DNA of 64,000 nucleotides from a virus (taxonomy: Duplodnaviria > Caudoviricetes), in the IMG/VR virus record IMGVR_UViG_3300032116_000002. The stretch is one strand, 5' to 3'. Made by a program: the position numbers and the translations under genes. Numbering within the stretch: position 1 is the first letter of the stretch; each line of letters opens with the position of its first letter. Below are positions 45,800 to 53,646 of the stretch, piece by piece. Under the pieces are notes generated by a model. That model was not told the DNA's origin, did no database searches, and saw nothing but the letters and a program-made list of their open reading frames with translations.

Positions 45800-47260
45800 T
45801 TATCCCCCGAATACGATTCCCATAATTACTGCTGCTGCTCTAGTAGCAGTAACAGATGTAAAGCTTAAATTACCATTTCCATCTGTTGATATAATTTGTC
45901 CATTAGAACCACCTGTAATTCTAACATTACCAATAGCTCCTAAATTGCTAACACCGTTAGCAACAATATTTCCTGATACTTGTAAATTACCTGTCGTAGT
46001 ATTTGCTGTAACATTTAATGTGTTTATATTTGCTGTGGTAATTACATTAATAGTACCTATCGTTTGTGTAATATCAGTAGCAGGAGGTGGCATCAATTCA
46101 CGAATGAACACCAATGTACCATTAGCAGGTGCACTATCAAACGTTAATGTTGTTCCATTTATTGTATAGTCTGTTGTTGGTAACTGTGCAATACCATTCA
46201 AGTATACTAATACATTATGAATATTAGCACCTTGTGTAACTGTATAAGTTGTACCTGAACCGTTAGCCGTATATGTTCTACTTACATAAGCAGTTGGATC
46301 AGTTGACGCTATTGTTGGGCTTTGTACATCTACCCAATAGTTACCTGTTCCATCACTAATATATTCATACAAAACATCACTTGATGTATTGTACCACATA
46401 TCGCCTCTACTATTACCACTAGCTGGTGGTGTAGTTGCTGCTGTGTATGTGCCACCGCCTCCTCCGCCACCTCCTATAACAGTATCCCAAATTAAATTAC
46501 CTGTTCCATCAGTTTTTAAGTACTGATCTGCACTACCACCTGTAATTCTAACATTGCCAACGTTGCCTAAATTTGATATTCCACCTACTGATAAATTACC
46601 TGTAACGTTTGCATAACCAGATATATTTGCGCCTGTGCCTGTAACCGTAACTATATTTGCATTTCCTGCTACACTTATCGTTGCATTTGCATTGGCAGCT
46701 ACAACAATATTACTATTACCATTTACCAAAGACACTGCTGTTACAGCAGATATACCTGTTAATTGACTACCATTACCTACAAAGAAGTTTGCGACTACTG
46801 CATTTCCTAAATTAGCATTACCTGCTGCTAAATTTCCAATGTAATTAGGTAAATAATTTGCGACCCAATCGTTTGCTGTATTACTAAACGCATTAGTGCT
46901 AAGCTTGTTTGCTAAACTGTTTGTTACTGAAGTTGAAAAACTTGCATCATTACCTAATGCATTACTTAACTCACCTAATGTGTCAAGAACCGCAGGAGCT
47001 GAATTTACTAAATTAGCTACCGCATTACTCACCTCTGTAGTTGTCGCAAAATTACTGACATCAGGCAATGATGTCCAACTAAGATTTCCTGCTCCGTCAG
47101 TTTTTAATACATAATTAGCTGTGCCACCGGATATTTTTATATTTGCTACGTTACCTAAATTAGCAACATTAGCGATTAAATTACCCGTTACGGTTACATT
47201 AGCAAATGTAAATGTTGCATTTGAATTTACACCTAATGGTTGAATCTTTGTAACTGGCAT
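45800..47260 (-). CDS. Asn-rich fibre shaft protein
   Basis: AN(V/L/I) repeats, LKTDG.GNL.W, APAVLDTL.ELSNALGND fibre motif, ends IVFGG; TAAATA at 47278-47283. Confidence 0.8.
   Translation of the reverse strand: MPVTKIQPLGVNSNATFTFANVTVTGNLIANVANLGNVANIKISGGTANYVLKTDGAGNLSWTSLPDVSNFATTTEVSNAVANLVNSAPAVLDTLGELSNALGNDASFSTSVTNSLANKLSTNAFSNTANDWVANYLPNYIGNLAAGNANLGNAVVANFFVGNGSQLTGISAVTAVSLVNGNSNIVVAANANATISVAGNANIVTVTGTGANISGYANVTGNLSVGGISNLGNVGNVRITGGSADQYLKTDGTGNLIWDTVIGGGGGGGGTYTAATTPPASGNSRGDMWYNTSSDVLYEYISDGTGNYWVDVQSPTIASTDPTAYVSRTYTANGSGTTYTVTQGANIHNVLVYLNGIAQLPTTDYTINGTTLTFDSAPANGTLVFIRELMPPPATDITQTIGTINVITTANINTLNVTANTTTGNLQVSGNIVANGVSNLGAIGNVRITGGSNGQIISTDGNGNLSFTSVTATRAAAVIMGIVFGG
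46865..47028 (-). repeat. Dispersed repeat, copy 1 (APAVLDTLGE..NALGNDASF block)
   Basis: Colinear, highly similar DNA at 56014-56177. Confidence 0.85.
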
Positions 47261-47283
47261 TATTATATCCTCTTAGCTATTTA

Positions 47284-50200
47284 TTATTTGGTAGTAAACG
47301 CACTTGTCGGTGCTGTAAAGTTTGCTGTGTATCTTGCTACACCTCGGGTGATGCGTAAATCGTCAATGTGTCCAATCCAATCTTGCGCTGTGACATCAGG
47401 ATTTCTACCAACATATGCTGCTTGATTAGAAAATCCTATAGAACCAGAATATGTCGCTGGTGTGCCGGCAACTCCATCCAAATAACAAGTCAGTGTGGAT
47501 CCGTTTCTAACAACAGCAACATGGTGCCACACATTCGCAGAAATGGTACCAGCTGTAGCTCTTGAAGCATTTGCATCAAACAAAGCTACTTGATTACTAC
47601 TGTTAATGTAAAACCTGACTCCTGTTGTTGATGATGTCCCAATAGAAAAAATAGTACGTGCTGCACCGATAGATGTAGAGTAAATCCAAGCTTCCATAGT
47701 GAAACTCAAAGTTCCAATCAAATATTGTGGATTTGGCGCAAGTTGTAAATAATCCCCAGTACCATCAAAGTACAATGACCTACTACCATACTTTGTTACA
47801 GCAGTTGAAGTTACTGCATTACCGACTGTTTCTAAATTATTCTTACCTGTATAATCAATAATGCCACCGTTAATATTACTTAATAATAGTGTAGTGTTAG
47901 CTATTTGTGTTAGTGGTGCTACTGGAGGAACAAAAGGTGCGGAATAAATTGCGCTACCATTTACTAATCTAAAATTGCTGATGTATCCATTAACACTATA
48001 TGATGCGCCGCTGCCACCTATAAATAGTGATTGTGCTTCGGATACATTTACACTGTATGTCCAAGTACCAGCACTTTGACCGTTTATATACCATCTTGTT
48101 TGATTTGTACTAGTTCCTGATCTAACTAATGCTACATGAGTCCATGCTCTTAGAGGCACTGGAATTGTAGTAGAACTACCCCCAATAAAAGTGTTATTAT
48201 TATAACTTAAGGTACCGGTATTTGACATGTCCATGCTATATCCAGTCTCTCCTACACCTTTTTCAAAAATACGTGATGGGTTGCCATATGCATTCACATA
48301 AATCCAAAATTCAATCGTAAAATTGTTAGTACCATATACTAATGCTGTAGAATGCGGCATAGACAAGTAATCACCTGAGCCATCAAACAACACACTACCA
48401 CCTACCGTAGTCACAGAGTATTCAACATCAGATGTGACAGTATTTCCGAATGGATTAAAACTTCTTGGAGCAGCATCACCGTTTATTGTTATAGTAAATC
48501 TATTTGTACTATTATCTATAAATGTACTACTTTGACATGTTAATAAACTTGTGTTTGAAATTGCTGTTAATGGTGATGTTGGTGGTGTGAAGTTAGAGGT
48601 ATAGGCTGCGGTACCGTTAACTAATCTAAAATTACTAATATATCCGTTCCAATAATTTAAAAGATTAGACTGTCTCATGAAACCAATATTCAGTGTATTT
48701 GCAGCATAAGTCATTGCAGTAGCACTAGTTGTCGTTCCAACTGAAGTGCCATTTACATAAATCGTGTAAGTATTTACATTTCTTATTGCTGCTATATGAT
48801 ACCAAGTATTGGTTGTAATGGTTCCTGAACTTGAACTTGTTGTTGTAACATCAACCGCAGAATTATTCCTTAAGTATAAAGAAATAGTTCCGTCTGTGCC
48901 AACCCAAAATTGCAATCTACCATCATTTAGTGTCGAATTTCCTATGAAGGAAATTCCAACACCTAATGAATTTGTTGACGTTAAAGTGTTTGCATAAATC
49001 CAAGCCTCAATAGTAAAGTCTCCTGTTGGCGCGACTAGAGAAGAAGTTGATGAATTTAAATAATCCCCAGTACCATCAAAATAACCACTATAGCTTGTTG
49101 GTGTTATTACTGAAGGAGAGAATGGACTAAAGCTTTGTACGCTTACATCACCGTTCCTAGTTATTGCGAAGTTATTTGCACTATTATCTACTAATCTATT
49201 ACTTTGACAAGTTAATAAACTTGTGTTTGCTATTGCTGTTAATGGTGATGTAGGTGGGGTGAAGCTTGCAGTGTAGACTGCGGTTCCCTTTACGATACGC
49301 AAATTTGAAATATAACCAGTCATGGGGTAACCAGACGTAACAACTCCAGATCCAATTTCTAAACTATAATTTCCGGGTGTGTAATTTGTGGAGTTTGTTG
49401 CTGATCCTTTAGCTATACCATTCACATAAATTGTTAATGTAGTTCCTTGTCTAACTACTGCCACGTGACTCCAAACATTGTTTATAATACCTGAATTCGT
49501 TGTCAATATTGTACTGGTACTGCCATGATACCATCGTAATTCTGGGTCCGTTTGATCTTTATATAATCTCCACCCTCCAGCATAACCATATGCTCTACTA
49601 ATAATTGTTTGCCATGTAGATGTGACGTTTGCAAGATTTAACCAAAACTCAATAGTAAAGTCCACTGGTAAGTCTAATGCTGCATTGTTAGCAACAGTTA
49701 AATAATCTCCAGTACCATCGAAAAAATTACTCCACCCTGTTAAACTATATGGACTAAATGTACCTTGTGTTGTATTACCATTTCTAGTGATAATATTATT
49801 CAATCCAGAAGTATCAACAAATCTATTATTGTTTTCACCAATACGTGATTGTAATGTTAATAAACTTGTGTTTGCTATTGCAGTTAATGGTGAAGTCGGC
49901 GGAGTAAATGTGGAGGTGTAAAGTGCTGTATCTTTAATTACACGAAGATTAGATATGTAGCCAGTAAAATAAAAACTACCGCCGATCATTTCATAACCTA
50001 CCGTAGCACCGTTTTGAATAAAATTAGTAGAATTGGTTGTGCTACCGTTTAATACACCATTTTGATAAATTGAAAGCGTGGTTCCATTTCGTACAACAGC
50101 AATATGTGTCCAAGCATTAAGAGGAATAGCATTCGTAGCTAATAAAAATTCTGTACTTGCGTTTGTGATTCTTACTCTATTTGTACTATTAATTTGAACA

Positions 50201-52044
50201 TGAAGTGAATCTCCAGTTCCTGTAGTTGAAGATAAGAAGATAATGCCAAAATTTTGAGTTGCAGTTAAATAGACCCACGCTTCTACTGTAAAACTACCCG
50301 TACCAAAAGAAAACGCAGCGTTACTAGGAAGTGTCAGAAAATCTCCTGTACCATCAAAATAACCACTACCTGTTACTACATCTGTTTCAATCAATGGTGC
50401 AAAATTACTGATAATAGGAGCATCATTAACTGTTATGGCAAGAGCGTTTGTGCTTGCATCTATAAATCTATTTCTTGCGCAAGTTAATAAACTTGTTCCG
50501 GTAACCGCTGTTAGTGGTGAAGTTGGAACAGTAAAATTACTTGTACCTGTATAGACCGCAGTACCTTTAACTACTCTAACATTGCTTATATTACCATTAA
50601 AATATCCACCAATTGGATTTGATCTACCACCTACAACATTAGTGTCTACATTTGTATGATTTGTAGAATATGTTGTACCTGATCCTGATGTTTGATAAAT
50701 GCCATCTATCCATAATCTGATAGTGTTTGATTCTCTTACAAGTGCTACGTGATGCCATACACCATCTTTAAGACTAACAGTAGACCCATCAGATAATCCA
50801 GCTACTCTCAAAGCACCGTCTGTTCCTCCATGATACGCTGTTATTCTAAGATAAAAATCAAAATCTCCAATATACATTATTGATCGTGAGTACCCACCAG
50901 GAGCTAATGAGTTATCAGTAGTCCTCATAAAACATTCTATAGTAAAATCGCCTGTACCAAAACTAAACGCAGAATTAGCTGGTGTTGAAATATAATCATT
51001 AGTACCGTCAAATTGACCACTCCATACAATTTCATATGGACTGAATGCCATTGGTCTTGTATCACCGTTTACTGTTACTACAAACTTATTCGTACTTGCA
51101 TCATCGTTCCAAACATTAGCTGTGACAGTTTCAGCATTTAACAATAATGTTGTATAATTAAAGTATGAGTCATTAGCTACAGAAATTACCCAGTTAATAG
51201 TACGTGTTGCAGTTCTATTAGTAGTTGCTGCTGTAGCAGTTAGTGTAGTTGTGGTGTTAGCTATGACTGTTGGTGTACCAGTAATGTTTGCACCACTAAT
51301 ACTTAAACCAGTTGGTAATGTATCGGCTGTGTATGTAATTCCATATCCAGCTGAGCTTGTTGCACTTAGTGTTACATTTGACAAGGCAGTATTTGTATTT
51401 GCACTAACTGTAGCATTATTTGCTGGACTACTCCATGTTACTACGTCTGGATTAATTGTTAAACTAAATTGTCTATCTGTATCTTGATTTTGTGCGTCAC
51501 TTGCACGAATTGTAAATGTATACGTTGTAGGACTTCCTGTAGCCGCAGTTGTACCACTAATTAAACCATTTGCAGAATTTAATGATGATCCAGGTGGTAG
51601 TGTACCACTTTGTAAACTATAAGAAATTGGTACATCACCTGTCGCTGTTACTGTATTACTAATTGCTTGTGTTTCAGTTATATTTCCTAAAGTTCCGGCG
51701 GCTGTACTCCAAGTAGGGGTTCCACTATAACTAATACCTGGTATAACAATAGCAGTAGCACCATCTGGATTAACAACATAAATTACATAAGTACCTGCAT
51801 TATTTGCAGGTGCGGTAAATGTTATTTCTGTACCAGAAACAAATGTAACAACACCTGCACTTACACCATTCACGATAACAGTAGGAGTCGCTTTGAATCC
51901 TACACCATTCAGTGTTATAGTTTGTCCTCCTGCAGGGTCAGCAGCAGTATCGTTGTCAGAATATACGATGGCAGAAACTTTTACACCAGAAATTACATCT
52001 AGTGTTGTTGAAGCAATATTATCCGTTGTAATCTGTGTTGTCAT
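47284..52044 (-). CDS. Receptor-binding/fibre protein: IPT + 2 Ig-like + 6 LamG-like domains
   Basis: Six FDG.(G/N)D(Y/F) units with internal DNA-level repeats. Confidence 0.85.
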   Translation of the reverse strand: MTTQITTDNIASTTLDVISGVKVSAIVYSDNDTAADPAGGQTITLNGVGFKATPTVIVNGVSAGVVTFVSGTEITFTAPANNAGTYVIYVVNPDGATAIVIPGISYSGTPTWSTAAGTLGNITETQAISNTVTATGDVPISYSLQSGTLPPGSSLNSANGLISGTTAATGSPTTYTFTIRASDAQNQDTDRQFSLTINPDVVTWSSPANNATVSANTNTALSNVTLSATSSAGYGITYTADTLPTGLSISGANITGTPTVIANTTTTLTATAATTNRTATRTINWVISVANDSYFNYTTLLLNAETVTANVWNDDASTNKFVVTVNGDTRPMAFSPYEIVWSGQFDGTNDYISTPANSAFSFGTGDFTIECFMRTTDNSLAPGGYSRSIMYIGDFDFYLRITAYHGGTDGALRVAGLSDGSTVSLKDGVWHHVALVRESNTIRLWIDGIYQTSGSGTTYSTNHTNVDTNVVGGRSNPIGGYFNGNISNVRVVKGTAVYTGTSNFTVPTSPLTAVTGTSLLTCARNRFIDASTNALAITVNDAPIISNFAPLIETDVVTGSGYFDGTGDFLTLPSNAAFSFGTGSFTVEAWVYLTATQNFGIIFLSSTTGTGDSLHVQINSTNRVRITNASTEFLLATNAIPLNAWTHIAVVRNGTTLSIYQNGVLNGSTTNSTNFIQNGATVGYEMIGGSFYFTGYISNLRVIKDTALYTSTFTPPTSPLTAIANTSLLTLQSRIGENNNRFVDTSGLNNIITRNGNTTQGTFSPYSLTGWSNFFDGTGDYLTVANNAALDLPVDFTIEFWLNLANVTSTWQTIISRAYGYAGGWRLYKDQTDPELRWYHGSTSTILTTNSGIINNVWSHVAVVRQGTTLTIYVNGIAKGSATNSTNYTPGNYSLEIGSGVVTSGYPMTGYISNLRIVKGTAVYTASFTPPTSPLTAIANTSLLTCQSNRLVDNSANNFAITRNGDVSVQSFSPFSPSVITPTSYSGYFDGTGDYLNSSTSSLVAPTGDFTIEAWIYANTLTSTNSLGVGISFIGNSTLNDGRLQFWVGTDGTISLYLRNNSAVDVTTTSSSSGTITTNTWYHIAAIRNVNTYTIYVNGTSVGTTTSATAMTYAANTLNIGFMRQSNLLNYWNGYISNFRLVNGTAAYTSNFTPPTSPLTAISNTSLLTCQSSTFIDNSTNRFTITINGDAAPRSFNPFGNTVTSDVEYSVTTVGGSVLFDGSGDYLSMPHSTALVYGTNNFTIEFWIYVNAYGNPSRIFEKGVGETGYSMDMSNTGTLSYNNNTFIGGSSTTIPVPLRAWTHVALVRSGTSTNQTRWYINGQSAGTWTYSVNVSEAQSLFIGGSGASYSVNGYISNFRLVNGSAIYSAPFVPPVAPLTQIANTTLLLSNINGGIIDYTGKNNLETVGNAVTSTAVTKYGSRSLYFDGTGDYLQLAPNPQYLIGTLSFTMEAWIYSTSIGAARTIFSIGTSSTTGVRFYINSSNQVALFDANASRATAGTISANVWHHVAVVRNGSTLTCYLDGVAGTPATYSGSIGFSNQAAYVGRNPDVTAQDWIGHIDDLRITRGVARYTANFTAPTSAFTTK

Positions 52045-52056
52045 AATATAAAACTG

Positions 52057-53274
52057 TTAAAATGTTATTGATCCGTTACCGGTAAATTGGTATATTTTAT
52101 AGCCGCTAGCAGTTGTAACTGTTGGGCTACCTGTAGTAGATGACGGATCATCAAAGCTTGATAGATATCTAAGTATAACAATACCCGAACCACCCGAACC
52201 ACCCGAAGCATAACTTCCTGCTCCATTTTGTGCGCCACCGCCACCTCCACTACCGGTGTTTGTTGTTCCGTTACCACCTGTTTGTATTGGGAAACCTGAA
52301 CCAAAACCACCGCCACCTGAGCCACCGTCTGAAGTTGCCATAGAACCATCAGTATTGGTTCCTCCGCCACCTCCACCAGCTCTTGTAACTGCCGTACCTG
52401 TTATTGAAGAAGTAGCTCCGGCGCCACCTGCTCCTCCTCGGGCTCTATTGCTACCAGTACCAGCTGAGCCTGCAGCACCTGCGCCACCACCTCCACCTCC
52501 GACAAATCCATTAAATGCTCCGCCGTTATTTCCCTCACCAGCTGTACCTGTACCTGAAGCAACGGTTCCACCGCCACCTCCCCCTCCACCTGAACCACCA
52601 CTACCTGTAGTAGCTAAAGCACTTCCTCCTCTGCCCCCGCCTGTCGATGTGATAAACAAATTGATTGGACCAAAGCTACTGTCACTTCCGTTAGAGACAC
52701 TTGGACCTCCACCTGCGCCACCGCCGCCCACACTCACGCTGTAATTAACCCCTGATGTGACAGAATAACCAGAGGCTGTTCTATAGCCGCCAGCTCCTCC
52801 GCCACCTCCACCACCACCTAAGCTGGCACCACCTCCGCCACCGCCCGCAATTATTAGATACTCAAGTGATGTAGGTGGATTACCCGGTGTTACAGATAAG
52901 CTAGAAGATGAGTCTGCTGACGCTCCTCTTGCATTAACTGATTTGACAGTAAAAGAATAGCTTGTTCCATTTGTTAATCCTGTTACGGTAATAGGACTAC
53001 TAGCGCCAGTAGCAGTAATATTACCCGGCATTGCAGTTACTATATATGAAGTAATAGCAGTTCCACCATTTGAAGCAGGGGGAGTAAATGTAATTGTGGC
53101 TTGCATGTTGCCTCTTGTTGCACTTACATTAGTTGGAGGTCCAGGCAAACCTGACCAAGTACCACTAGCAGTATATTGAATAGCTTCACTAGCAGAAAAC
53201 ATTCCGCTAGCACTACTATTAGTAACAGTAGGTCGTGTTGCAGAAATTATTCCACCAGTATATCTTTTTGGCAT
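52057..53274 (-). CDS. FN3 + glycine-rich virion protein
   Basis: P.PP.NVSA..G...A.ITFTPP..NGG..IT.Y.V FN3 domain; EYLIIAGGGGG; YQFTGNGSITF. Confidence 0.85.
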   Translation of the reverse strand: MPKRYTGGIISATRPTVTNSSASGMFSASEAIQYTASGTWSGLPGPPTNVSATRGNMQATITFTPPASNGGTAITSYIVTAMPGNITATGASSPITVTGLTNGTSYSFTVKSVNARGASADSSSSLSVTPGNPPTSLEYLIIAGGGGGGASLGGGGGGGGAGGYRTASGYSVTSGVNYSVSVGGGGAGGGPSVSNGSDSSFGPINLFITSTGGGRGGSALATTGSGGSGGGGGGGGTVASGTGTAGEGNNGGAFNGFVGGGGGGAGAAGSAGTGSNRARGGAGGAGATSSITGTAVTRAGGGGGGTNTDGSMATSDGGSGGGGFGSGFPIQTGGNGTTNTGSGGGGGAQNGAGSYASGGSGGSGIVILRYLSSFDDPSSTTGSPTVTTASGYKIYQFTGNGSITF

Positions 53275-53645
53275 TAGCTAATGTCCTCGTAGCTCACAGT
53301 AACGATTAATGCGTTTGCAGTACCTGCTGTAGCACCCAAACTGTTATTTTCTTCTAGATAGTATTGACTTGTTTTATCTATCACATTTAATGTAGAATAT
53401 GCAGGTACGCTGACACCTCCTGCAATACTAAATGATGTACCAGTTAAGTTAGCAGCATTGTTAAAATTAATTGTTACATTTGCTGCTGTTCCTGTATAAT
53501 TTGAAACATTTAGTGTATTAACTTTTAAACATTTACCTGAACTTGCTGGATTGTTTAATACTGTTGTGGCGCTAGTTGATGTTAAGTTTGCACCTGTTGT
53601 TTTACCGTTTATTGTCGTTGCGCCTATTAAATTTGGTGCAGCCAT
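53274..53645 (-). CDS. 123-aa adaptor-like virion protein (MAAPNL family)
   Basis: Paralog of 45442-45798. Confidence 0.8.
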   Translation of the reverse strand: MAAPNLIGATTINGKTTGANLTSTSATTVLNNPASSGKCLKVNTLNVSNYTGTAANVTINFNNAANLTGTSFSIAGGVSVPAYSTLNVIDKTSQYYLEENNSLGATAGTANALIVTVSYEDIS

Positions 53646-53646
53646 T

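Noticed and set aside
30966-52744. Pro-rich plus-strand and alternative-frame ORFs (31076, 35453, 35706, 52256, 30966, 35535, 52065, 52401)
   Set aside because: These are shadows of GGN-rich glycine codons in the real minus-strand genes.
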